IMG/VR virus record: IMGVR_UViG_3300045988_020353
Location: 1 to 36,230 of that record
Origin: a virus
Length of the DNA stretch: 36,230 nucleotides
Reading direction: 5' to 3' (one strand)
Below the pieces are notes generated by a model that saw only the letters and a program-made list of their open reading frames with translations, was not told the DNA's origin and did not search any database. This document shows positions 23,131 through 32,186 of this stretch, piece by piece; position 1 is the first letter of the stretch; every line of letters begins with the position of its first letter. The translations under genes were made by a program, and so were the position numbers.

Positions 23131-25140
23131 ATGGGTTTAAAAAAGTATGAGATTATCACAGTGGGGAGCGACAAGAGAGTACGCGCCCTTCGTTCGTGGC
23201 AGGTGGGAGACCGTTACGTCAATATTGGCGACGTGGGCGGCATCGTGTACGACGAAAAGACATTATCACAGGATGGCGCGTGCTGGCTGTTTAGGGGCAA
23301 CTTTGGTTTCCCTGGCGCACGGATCGGAGGGGATTCGATCGTAGACGTAGGCGAAGCGGCACTAAGCGCCACAGGTGCGCCTAACGTAGATATTCTGGGG
23401 TCTAGCGTCGTAGTGGGAAGTAAGATACAGTTTGAATCAGAGCAAACAGGGGCGGACGCCGTAGTATTAAAATCCACGGACTTTGAGCAAGGCGGGTACG
23501 CTAGTCTTACAGTTGGGCAAAAACCCGGAAAGGATGATAGTTCAGTAAACTTTATTAGAATTAAGAACCCTATTTTCCTAGGGGGTAAATCTATCATTAT
23601 AAAAGCGCCAGTCCCGGGCTATATAGTCACGGTATTGGTAACGGATGCAGACGGGTATATTATCAAACCCTACAAAACTATTATAACCAATGATTACCAA
23701 ACAATCCCAGTAGATGCGGGGCAATACGCGTACATCCGGGTAACTAAAAATCCGGCAGGTCCGACTGTTCCGGCAGACGCGACAGCCGCACAACTTGCGT
23801 TTACAGGCACTTATGAAACTAAACTTTCGATCATTGATTCACGCGTAGAGATCAACCCGGCGACTATTGCAGGCACAACAACTATAAGACCGGGTGGTGT
23901 TCATACTATCGCATCGGGCGTAAAGTACCCGGATAGCGTGATTAGAAACTCCAAAGTAGTTATAAACAGCCACGCAACAGCTAACCGTGTGGTCCGTCTT
24001 ATGTCCGAGTTTATCGGGTGTAATGTAGCCATTGACGCAACACAGGACAATGTGCAGAGTGTAGGGATTTATAGCAATGTTAATAACTTGACGTTTACGG
24101 GGGCGGTCTCGGCCAGCAGCCTAAATGTAAACGTGCCTCGCGGCATTCAGGCTACCGACTGTGACAACTTCGCTGTATCGCCTACGGTCTTCCCGGGACT
24201 AGTATCAGCCCGACCGGTTGACATGCCTTTCATCTTTCAAGGTTGTAACGTCCCGGGCGGCAGGTTCTACCACCACGCGAAAATAGCCAACACGTACAAG
24301 AACATTGATTTCGCGAAGGCTCAAGCTGATTTGGGTAAATCTATCGCATCCGATGGAATATTTGCAAGTTCAGAAGTTGAGGGCATGTATCGTATTTATT
24401 TTGCAGTTTTTGGCGCATTGGTAGAATCATACGATAGCGTCAAGTCCCTGAACATGGCGGACCTGGCAAAATCTTATGGCACTACGATCTATAAGGACGC
24501 GTATGTTAGCGGTAAATTTGACATCGCAGGTACGAACGTATTCGGTAACACTAAGAAGCACGATACGCAAGATGTAAGCGGTTGTAAGATCGTGAACACA
24601 GGAGAAACGGCGGTTAACATGAAGGGCAATATCCGCGTAGAGGGTAACGCTACATTGACTAATTGTTCGATAATCGGTTCGGGCTACTTCGGCGGTAAGG
24701 CGGTTGCATCCGGTTTGTTGATAGAGGGTTCGGTGTTCATGAGTGATAACGCTTCATTTACAAAAACCGCAGGGGTAAGCGTTATTAGAAACTTGAAAAT
24801 GACCGAAAACGCGTACGCCGTTCTGGGAGATTTTGCTTTGAACGGGCGTATACACTTGTCCGACAATGCTAGGTTTACCCCTACAGCCGCGGGGCTATCC
24901 GAGGGTGACCTAGTTATGAAGGATAACGCGGTTATATCTGGCGCGGTAATTGTAGGCGGGATACTCACAATGAAGGACAACGCTAAGGTAAGCGCAGGTA
25001 CATTAACCGCATACGGGGATGTAACTCTTTGCGGATCATACGGCCAAACCGCTACGAGAACATGGACGGGTAAACGCGTGATCGACAACGAGAACGCGCC
25101 CGAGTACGATAATAACGTAAAAACGCAATATGACTTTTAA
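23131..25140 (+). CDS. Beta-helix repeat protein, putative tail fibre/spike or receptor-binding protein (669 aa)
   Basis: The C-terminal 18-20-aa periodicity (FMSDNASF, KMTENAYA, HLSDNARF, VMKDNAVI, TMKDNAKV) and Gly/Val-rich N-terminal turns suggest a parallel beta-helix. Confidence 0.55.
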   Translation: MGLKKYEIITVGSDKRVRALRSWQVGDRYVNIGDVGGIVYDEKTLSQDGACWLFRGNFGFPGARIGGDSIVDVGEAALSATGAPNVDILGSSVVVGSKIQFESEQTGADAVVLKSTDFEQGGYASLTVGQKPGKDDSSVNFIRIKNPIFLGGKSIIIKAPVPGYIVTVLVTDADGYIIKPYKTIITNDYQTIPVDAGQYAYIRVTKNPAGPTVPADATAAQLAFTGTYETKLSIIDSRVEINPATIAGTTTIRPGGVHTIASGVKYPDSVIRNSKVVINSHATANRVVRLMSEFIGCNVAIDATQDNVQSVGIYSNVNNLTFTGAVSASSLNVNVPRGIQATDCDNFAVSPTVFPGLVSARPVDMPFIFQGCNVPGGRFYHHAKIANTYKNIDFAKAQADLGKSIASDGIFASSEVEGMYRIYFAVFGALVESYDSVKSLNMADLAKSYGTTIYKDAYVSGKFDIAGTNVFGNTKKHDTQDVSGCKIVNTGETAVNMKGNIRVEGNATLTNCSIIGSGYFGGKAVASGLLIEGSVFMSDNASFTKTAGVSVIRNLKMTENAYAVLGDFALNGRIHLSDNARFTPTAAGLSEGDLVMKDNAVISGAVIVGGILTMKDNAKVSAGTLTAYGDVTLCGSYGQTATRTWTGKRVIDNENAPEYDNNVKTQYDF

Positions 25141-25528
25141 AGGGATATTAGACCAGGTTGGAACATGGGGGGCGCAACACGCGCTTCCCGTATTCTTCGG
25201 AGATGAATCTACACGTAATCGACTGGCAAACGAGATCACGGGAGATTTTATCTTTGTTGACGTTCCGGGCGGACGGCAGGACTATAACGACTACGCCGCC
25301 GAGGAGTTCTCGATCTCAATACTTATTCAGGTACTAGGCACGTCGTTCTACGAAACTGACAGCTCGTCCGAGATCGACGTACTGGATCGGACGTTCACCG
25401 TCATAACGGACATAGCGAAAAAGGCGGTTTGCCTTTATGAATCCGAGGGCGCAGCGGTAACCAAGCGCCAAAATATATACGACAGTCCCAAATCCGGTTG
25501 GGAGATAACCCTTAATTTATCCGAATAA
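25130..25528 (+). CDS. Putative neck/head-tail connector protein (132 aa)
   Basis: ORF track. Size and adjacency to the gp10-like gene. No firm motif. Confidence 0.4.
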   Translation: MTFKGILDQVGTWGAQHALPVFFGDESTRNRLANEITGDFIFVDVPGGRQDYNDYAAEEFSISILIQVLGTSFYETDSSSEIDVLDRTFTVITDIAKKAVCLYESEGAAVTKRQNIYDSPKSGWEITLNLSE

Positions 25529-25974
25529 TGGCACGAAATGCGATGTTGGAAATAGAAGTCCTACTAACCAAGCTACGGGACGATATAGAAGCCTCGTACA
25601 AGGCTAAAGGGCTTATGGCGTCGGGCAACTTCGCTAAGGAGCTTAAATTAGTCGTAGGGGGTAATAACGCCCGGATCACCGCGCCGAGATATGTGGGTGC
25701 AATGGAAGGCGGACGCGTTGCGGGAAAACGCCCGCCGTTATGGATCATCCGTAAATGGATCGAGGACAAGAACAAGCAGGGAGCTACCATACCGCTAACC
25801 GCCGCGTATCCGATCGCGAAAGCTATTGGGGAGATGGGGATCAAAGTTCCCAACAAGCACAACCCGGGCGGCGTGGTGTCGGATGTACTCAACCCTGCAA
25901 GGGTCTTGAAGTTACAAAACGAGATAGTAACTATAATTAGATACGCTATTATTGACACTTTAAATATTAAATGA
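25528..25974 (+). CDS. HK97 gp10-like head-tail joining / tail-completion protein (148 aa)
   Basis: ITAPRYVGAMEGGR resembles the AP..Y..vEfG core of the HK97 gp10 family. Confidence 0.5.
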   Translation: MARNAMLEIEVLLTKLRDDIEASYKAKGLMASGNFAKELKLVVGGNNARITAPRYVGAMEGGRVAGKRPPLWIIRKWIEDKNKQGATIPLTAAYPIAKAIGEMGIKVPNKHNPGGVVSDVLNPARVLKLQNEIVTIIRYAIIDTLNIK

Positions 25975-27842
25975 TGAATATATACATACCAATAGCAGAT
26001 GTAACGTTAACCGACGGCCAAGCCTATGACAGGCAACTTCCCTTATGGGCTACACGCCCGTTAATGGTGAAGGTGACAACGGGAACAAACGAACCTGTGA
26101 ATATCACTGTGAGGAACAGCGGATCGCCCGTTAAAACGGTAACTTTGCCCTATCAGCAGTATGGAGTGGATATAGACCTATCTTTTGCTGCGCCTTTGCT
26201 TAAGCGCGCGGATCGTAACAAGTCACAGGGTACACCGTGGTTTATGCAGCAAGAACTATTGTTTTGGGTTGACGACCCGGCGGACTATATAACTATTCCT
26301 GTATTCCATTGTGATCTTACATACTGGGACACGCTAGGAGTAGACGCCGCACTACCCCAACCGCCAAAACCGCGCATACCGGGGCAAACGCTAGACATAT
26401 TTTTCCCCTACATTATACACCCGTCCGACGCGTTATACCTTCAGGTTGAACCCGTGACGGGTGCGCCTAGTAATGTTATATTTCCCGCTACATATGTACT
26501 GGGGGACACTATCGACATAACGTATATTAAGAAGTGGACTATTAAGAATGTTTGGGGTAACGGGCTGGACCAAGTGATTAACTATGAAGACCGTCTAATG
26601 TCTGACGTTGTTTACGATGAGGGCCTGCAATGCGCTCTAAGGGCTAGATGGAACATGCGCAATGGGCAGTGGTTTTGGGACGCGTTCAAGGACTATTTTT
26701 GGTCTAACAAGTTCACCCCTATCCGAGGCCGCGGAGGCGTAACAGAACAAGCGGAGCTAACTATAAATCTAGAGTACGGTGAAGAATGGTATAACGTCTA
26801 CCAAGAGCTGTTAGTTTCTTCAAACGTAGTGTTTGACTTGAACATACCGGGTATAAATCAATACCAATCGAAACGGTTTAGAGCCGAGGTCGTAGGCGAC
26901 ACGGGGGCGCGGTGGTCTAACAGTACCAAGACGTACAGACAGCAAGTAAGATTCAAGACCACCGAGCTACAAGATAATTACATCTTCCCGCTAGCACCGG
27001 ATCAACCGCCCACACCGTCGATCGCATTTAGCGCGCAGAAAAACCCGTGGACGATCGGCGCGGCGTATGCGGAAGGAATTACTAACAGCATATACAGCAA
27101 CGCGGCATGGGAGGTGCAGAGCACGCCGACATGGGTGTCAGCGGATAGTCCCACGGGGAACGCGGGAACTACACCCTTGGTTATCACGGTAACCGCCAAC
27201 GATGGCGAGGCTAGAACGGGTAACATTGTGTTGAAAAGCAAGGCGGGCTCTACTACGTACAGTATAGCCGTTACGCAGGCCGGGATTTCGGGCTATATAT
27301 CGGTAGACACCTCAATGTTTGATGTAGACTATCTAACACACCCGGTAACCGTAGACGTTACATCGGTTGGCGCATGGTCTGTTTCTCAAAAGGATTCGTG
27401 GATCACTCCGAGCGTTACAACAGGGGTTGATGGAATAACCGCTGTAACGTTAACGATCGCGAATAACATGGGTAACATGGGTAACACCGCTAGAACTGGG
27501 ACGATAACGTTTTATAATGGCCAAACCGAGGAAATAGCGGTAGTTACGGTTAACCAAACGGGCGCGCCAACTTCGATAAAAATATTGCCAATAGGGGTGA
27601 CAGGACCTAAAGCCGGGGGGAACCAAATTGTTCCCGTGGTAGCGACGTCTGAAAATAACTGGATTATGGGTAGCGCGCCTAGCTGGGTATCCGTTACACC
27701 TACATCAGGAAGGGTCGGACAAACTGCCATAGGGATTAAATATGATACGGCGAACCCCGGAGCAGCGCGGACAGGTCAACTTCGAATTGAGAATACAACT
27801 ACGCATGAGATTGCAATTTGTTTAATCACACAGGAGGGATAA
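25971..27842 (+). CDS. Virion structural protein with three C-terminal BACON (Ig-like) domains (623 aa)
   Basis: Three repeats of W.v.s..sW.s..p.sG..g...l.i.v..N.g.aRtG.i.........i.vtQ.G (AAWEVQSTPTWVSADSPTGNAG..ARTGNIVLKS..VTQAG; GAWSVSQKDSWITPS..ARTGTITFY..VNQTG; NNWIMGSAPSWVSVTPTSGRVG..ARTGQLRIEN..ITQEG), at roughly nt 27020-27839. Confidence 0.8.
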   Translation: MMNIYIPIADVTLTDGQAYDRQLPLWATRPLMVKVTTGTNEPVNITVRNSGSPVKTVTLPYQQYGVDIDLSFAAPLLKRADRNKSQGTPWFMQQELLFWVDDPADYITIPVFHCDLTYWDTLGVDAALPQPPKPRIPGQTLDIFFPYIIHPSDALYLQVEPVTGAPSNVIFPATYVLGDTIDITYIKKWTIKNVWGNGLDQVINYEDRLMSDVVYDEGLQCALRARWNMRNGQWFWDAFKDYFWSNKFTPIRGRGGVTEQAELTINLEYGEEWYNVYQELLVSSNVVFDLNIPGINQYQSKRFRAEVVGDTGARWSNSTKTYRQQVRFKTTELQDNYIFPLAPDQPPTPSIAFSAQKNPWTIGAAYAEGITNSIYSNAAWEVQSTPTWVSADSPTGNAGTTPLVITVTANDGEARTGNIVLKSKAGSTTYSIAVTQAGISGYISVDTSMFDVDYLTHPVTVDVTSVGAWSVSQKDSWITPSVTTGVDGITAVTLTIANNMGNMGNTARTGTITFYNGQTEEIAVVTVNQTGAPTSIKILPIGVTGPKAGGNQIVPVVATSENNWIMGSAPSWVSVTPTSGRVGQTAIGIKYDTANPGAARTGQLRIENTTTHEIAICLITQEG

Positions 27843-27843
27843 G

Positions 27844-29598
27844 ATGAAAATATTATCATTGAGAGTTAACGGTAACGATATAGACGGACTAGATAACGCT
27901 TCGGTCAAAATCACATTAAACAACATTTCCCCGGTTACTATGACCGGGGACAGCGTAGCGTTCAGTGCTACGATCAAAGTCCCGAGAACGCCGGACAATG
28001 ACCGGACGTTCATAGGGCTAAACAAGGGTTTGCTTAACTGTGGGTATTACGTAGCCGAAGTGCTGATAGCGTCTATTCCGTTCAAGTATTACGCTTATGT
28101 GTCTGACGAGCCGACACAATTCTACGCAAAGGTATCAGCGTCTCAAACAGAGTACACGATCAACCTTATAGAGAGTACAGACAAATGGGCCGACGTGAGC
28201 AAACCAATTTCTTCGCCCTATGTGCACGCCATTGTACGGGACACCCCAAACTCACGGTATCTGGCAGCAGTAAATCTGTCACAAATCGTGAGAACAAATT
28301 TTAATTTCCCGCAAATTGCGCTCCCTAACATTCAACCGTATTACGCTGATGGGACTAGACCCGTAGATTATGATTGGTTACAGGCACACATGATTTGTTC
28401 GCGTGGCGATTTATCATGGGATTCTGATGTAGCGGCGGGCTCTACGAGCCTCATACCCCGAAACTCGACTAAAGGACGGGGAGGATACCTGTATCCGGGC
28501 GTGGCGCAATATGTATTTGACAATGCTAGTATGTACCTGAATGCCTCTTATTTTGGCACACGGCCTGGGGGGCTTCCGGCGGGTCTTAAGATAAAACCTT
28601 CACTAGAGGAGAGATTCGCTACATTCTTGATCGAATACACGGGGGACGTTATCCCCTCAACAAAACCGGATATAAACTTAGTAGGTAACTCTTCGGGGGA
28701 GTCCTTTAATTTTTTCGCAGGGGTTTACAAAGGACAAGTATCCGAAAGGGTGTGGGTTTATTCTATGAAATTCGATTCAGCAGCGGGCGGAAATTTATTC
28801 CCTAAAGCCGACAGTCATTTATTAATATCCGCCACGATAAACGGCGCGACACGGACAGACTTCTTCAAAATACCTAACGGATACTCACCGGGCGAGTGCA
28901 TACGATTTAAGGGGGAAGCCAAACCAGAAAGTGCTTTAAGCCCTACGGTCAAGACCGTTAACGACGTACCAATAGGATTCCCGTACACGGACGTAAAAAA
29001 CATAGTGGACGACATGTGCACGGCATGGCACTGGCGTAAAATTTACCGCAACGGAACGTTACGTGTAGAGCCGATAGTAGATGCCGATCTCCGGGACGGC
29101 ACATCCGAGGCATGGGCGCATATACACGATTGGAGCGACAAACTACTAAGCGTTGAATCGGTAGACGTTCCTGACGAGTTCGCGGATCAATATATATGCA
29201 CGCTTGATTCCACGCAATTCAGTTATAGCAATGGGCTGGGCACGGTAACACCTGTTAAGGAGGCATACAAGTCGGCTATTAAATTCCTGTACAGCCCTTA
29301 TTTGTTTCCAAAAGTAGGGCTTACAGCGGCTTTCAGCAAGGTGGGGTACGATCAACAGTATATTCACGTGAACGATATTTACTACCCGTATATTGAGAGA
29401 CATTTCCGCATGTTTAAGTCGCGAATACAGGTGAAAATCAAGGCGCAACTGGAATACGGGGACGTTGAGAACCTGAAATTAGGGGATGCTTATTACTTCT
29501 CGCAGCTAAACAGCTGTTTCTACATAAAATCTCTAGGCGAATATGACGTAGCAACCGGGAATTGTAAGCTATCTTTGTACAAAATGGATTTAAAATAA
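27844..29598 (+). CDS. Putative tail-tip/baseplate structural protein (584 aa)
   Basis: ORF track. Large late ORF between the BACON protein and the tape measure. No motif recognised. Confidence 0.45.
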   Translation: MKILSLRVNGNDIDGLDNASVKITLNNISPVTMTGDSVAFSATIKVPRTPDNDRTFIGLNKGLLNCGYYVAEVLIASIPFKYYAYVSDEPTQFYAKVSASQTEYTINLIESTDKWADVSKPISSPYVHAIVRDTPNSRYLAAVNLSQIVRTNFNFPQIALPNIQPYYADGTRPVDYDWLQAHMICSRGDLSWDSDVAAGSTSLIPRNSTKGRGGYLYPGVAQYVFDNASMYLNASYFGTRPGGLPAGLKIKPSLEERFATFLIEYTGDVIPSTKPDINLVGNSSGESFNFFAGVYKGQVSERVWVYSMKFDSAAGGNLFPKADSHLLISATINGATRTDFFKIPNGYSPGECIRFKGEAKPESALSPTVKTVNDVPIGFPYTDVKNIVDDMCTAWHWRKIYRNGTLRVEPIVDADLRDGTSEAWAHIHDWSDKLLSVESVDVPDEFADQYICTLDSTQFSYSNGLGTVTPVKEAYKSAIKFLYSPYLFPKVGLTAAFSKVGYDQQYIHVNDIYYPYIERHFRMFKSRIQVKIKAQLEYGDVENLKLGDAYYFSQLNSCFYIKSLGEYDVATGNCKLSLYKMDLK

Positions 29599-29604
29599 CA
29601 TAAT

Positions 29605-32118
29605 ATGGCGGATCAAGTAACATTATTAGACCTAAATTTCGGCACGTCAGAAGCCGAGAAGGGACTGGACGCGTTAATAGCTAAGAGTATAGCCCTTGCA
29701 AAAACTAAGAAGGATTTGCAAGCGGCGTACGCCTCCGAGAAGAAGGAGCTGGAAACGCTAAACCAGAACTACGCGGACGGACTTGTACAGCAAGACAAGT
29801 ACGACGCAACTGTAAAGAAGCTGAATAAGTCTCTGATTGAGACGCAAAAAGCGATCTTAGACAATGCCGAGGCGAACAAACAGAATAACGCCGAGATCAA
29901 GTCTACAAAAACGCTATTAGACAACGAGGCTACGAGCGTAAACGCCCTACGTGCACAGCTGGCACAGAACACCGCGGAGCTGAACAAGATGAGCGAGGCC
30001 CAGCGGACCACGAGCAAGGAGGGGCAGGACTTGACGGAGCAAACCAAAGCATTATCGGACAAGCTTAAGGAGCTGGAAAAATCAGTAGGTGACAACCGCC
30101 GTAATGTCGGTAACTACGCCGAGAGCGTCAAGGATGGCATACTCCAAACACAGGGACTAACCGGGGGCACGGGTGCACTGGTGGGACAAATGAAGAGCGG
30201 AATCGCAGGGGTGCAGGCGTTCAACGCGGCATTAAAGGCGAACCCGATCATATTCGTCGTGTCGCTCGTCTTAACCCTTATCGGCATCATTGAGAAACTG
30301 ATGAAACGTAACAGCGAGTTGGCGACCAGCTTAAATGCGGCGTTCGCGCCGTTTAAGGTCGTTTTCGGGCGTTTGCTGGACTGGATAACCGGATTGTTTG
30401 AAGGCGTAGCCTTTCTTCTTGAAAACCTTGCTAAAGGCGTTACATGGCTTTTGGATAAGTTAGGGCTTATCAGCGAGGAGACGAAGAGGGCAGCAGCGGA
30501 GGGCGCGCGGTTGGCACAGGAAACGCAACGTATTTACCAAGCTGAAACGGCGGCGCTTGTGCCGATGGCGCAAATGCGGCGCGAGATGGAAGAGCTTAAG
30601 ACACTGGCGGCGGATCAAAACAAGTCAGCGGCGGAACGTACTAAATTACTGGAACAGGCTACGGAGAAGTTACACGCTATCCGTGATTTGGAGTTGTCCG
30701 TACTGGACGCGAAATACAAGCAGATCAAGGCCGAAAACCAACTAGGTTACACTAGCGACGAGGACGCCCGGAAAGAGCAAGAAGCCCTTGCAGCACTGGA
30801 AGCGGCGCGCGCCCAATACGCCACACAGGAGAAAGAAATGGCAGGGCAGGTGTCCGGGTTCGTTAAACAGGAACGCGACAAGCAGGCAGCGGCAGCACAA
30901 GCAGCGGCGGCGAAGTCGGCGAAGGCGGCAGAAGACGCGGCGAAGAGAGAAGCCGAGGCGCAGAAAAAAGCGCAGGACGCGATCAAGGCAGCGCAGGACG
31001 CACAGCTTAAGAAATATGCGGAAGCGGTTACGGCGATGCAACTTGACATAGCACAGCGCGAAATAGAAGGGGCTAAAATATCATTGCAAGAACTGCAAGC
31101 GGTCAACGATCAAAAGATAGAGATTGAGACGTACAGACGCGCACAAGGTCTTATAGGTGAGCAAGAATACATTAACAACGTTCGCCAACTCGAGTTGGAA
31201 TACGCCGCGGAGGTTAAAGCCCGGAAGGACGAGGAAGACCAGAAGGAAAAAGACCGTCAAGCCCTCAATTTAGAGAACGACCGATCGCTAGCTGATCTTA
31301 AAATGACTAATGATCTGGAAAGCCAGCTGGCTCGGCTGGACGCGCAGAAGGCAGCCGAGATCGCTAATGCGGAAGCGATCGGAGCGGAGACAGCTTCCAT
31401 AGTTGAACGTTACGAGATCATGAAGGACGAGACAAAAAGGAAATATTATAACGCGCAGTTGGAGATGGCAGCGGGCACAGCCGGACAACTCTCTAGCTTA
31501 CTGGGTGAGGAAAGCGCGGCGGGCAAAGCATTTGCCACAGCGCAGGCGCTTATCAACACGTATTTAGGCGCTTCTAAAGCACTGGCACAGGGCGGCATTT
31601 GGGGTATCGCACAGGCGGCTATCGTAGTGGCGGCAGGTATGAAAAACGTTATGAGCATTAACAAAACTAAAGAGCCGGACACCAAGATAAATACAAGCGT
31701 GAAGAAATACGCGAAGGGCGGACAAATATACGGACCTAGCCATTCGGCGGGCGGTGTAACGTTCACCGGATCGAACGGTCAACAGTTCGAAGCCGAAGGA
31801 GGGGAAAATATGTACATTCTGAACCGGAAGGCATCCGGCGCGATAAATGCACTAAGCGCCCTAAACATGGAGTACGGCGGGCGTTCGTTCGGATCGTCTG
31901 GCGTGTACCGATACGCCAACGGAGGCAAAATCGACGTAGGCGGCGGTGCGAGCATGCAGTTACCTAGTAATTTCAGCCTATCGAATGATAGTTTGCGAAA
32001 ACTGGCGGCGATAATGTACGATTCAGTGGCTAGCGTTCCAGCTCCGCAGGTGGCAGTAACCGACATAGACGCCGGGCAACAGCAATATAATAGCGTACAG
32101 GTAGCGGCTAGCCTATAA
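29605..32118 (+). CDS. Tape measure protein (837 aa)
   Basis: Long coiled-coil segments, internal hydrophobic helices (IIFVVSLVLTLIGII; GIWGIAQAAIVVAAGM), the GNYAESVK and AFATAQALINTYLGASKALAQ segments common in tape measure proteins, and a Gly-rich C-terminus. Confidence 0.7.
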   Translation: MADQVTLLDLNFGTSEAEKGLDALIAKSIALAKTKKDLQAAYASEKKELETLNQNYADGLVQQDKYDATVKKLNKSLIETQKAILDNAEANKQNNAEIKSTKTLLDNEATSVNALRAQLAQNTAELNKMSEAQRTTSKEGQDLTEQTKALSDKLKELEKSVGDNRRNVGNYAESVKDGILQTQGLTGGTGALVGQMKSGIAGVQAFNAALKANPIIFVVSLVLTLIGIIEKLMKRNSELATSLNAAFAPFKVVFGRLLDWITGLFEGVAFLLENLAKGVTWLLDKLGLISEETKRAAAEGARLAQETQRIYQAETAALVPMAQMRREMEELKTLAADQNKSAAERTKLLEQATEKLHAIRDLELSVLDAKYKQIKAENQLGYTSDEDARKEQEALAALEAARAQYATQEKEMAGQVSGFVKQERDKQAAAAQAAAAKSAKAAEDAAKREAEAQKKAQDAIKAAQDAQLKKYAEAVTAMQLDIAQREIEGAKISLQELQAVNDQKIEIETYRRAQGLIGEQEYINNVRQLELEYAAEVKARKDEEDQKEKDRQALNLENDRSLADLKMTNDLESQLARLDAQKAAEIANAEAIGAETASIVERYEIMKDETKRKYYNAQLEMAAGTAGQLSSLLGEESAAGKAFATAQALINTYLGASKALAQGGIWGIAQAAIVVAAGMKNVMSINKTKEPDTKINTSVKKYAKGGQIYGPSHSAGGVTFTGSNGQQFEAEGGENMYILNRKASGAINALSALNMEYGGRSFGSSGVYRYANGGKIDVGGGASMQLPSNFSLSNDSLRKLAAIMYDSVASVPAPQVAVTDIDAGQQQYNSVQVAASL

Positions 32119-32157
32119 GTCATAGGTAAAACCGCGGCTTCGTGCCGTTAAATAATA

Positions 32158-32165
32158 TATCTTTG
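32158..32165 (+). promoter_or_regulatory. -7 box TATCTTTG upstream of the capsid genes, with no canonical -33
   Basis: TAnnTTTG match 22 nt upstream of ATG 32187, in a 68-nt gap. Confidence 0.35.
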
Positions 32166-32186
32166 TGACGATAATAAAGTAATAGA

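Noticed and set aside
23131-27842. Diversity-generating retroelement targeting the fibre or BACON protein
   Set aside because: No reverse transcriptase ORF exists anywhere in the window, and I noticed no template/variable repeat pair with adenine-specific mismatches.
27844-29604. Search for a tail-assembly-chaperone pair with a programmed -1 frameshift upstream of the tape measure
   Set aside because: A single uninterrupted 584-aa ORF occupies the slot, and I saw no small overlapping ORF pair or obvious slippery heptamer.
30742-31106. Minus-strand and alternative-frame ORFs (99, 119 and 87 aa) inside the tape measure gene
   Set aside because: They are shadows of the Ala/Gln/Lys/Glu-rich coiled-coil segment, and their products are Arg/Cys/Ser low-complexity strings.
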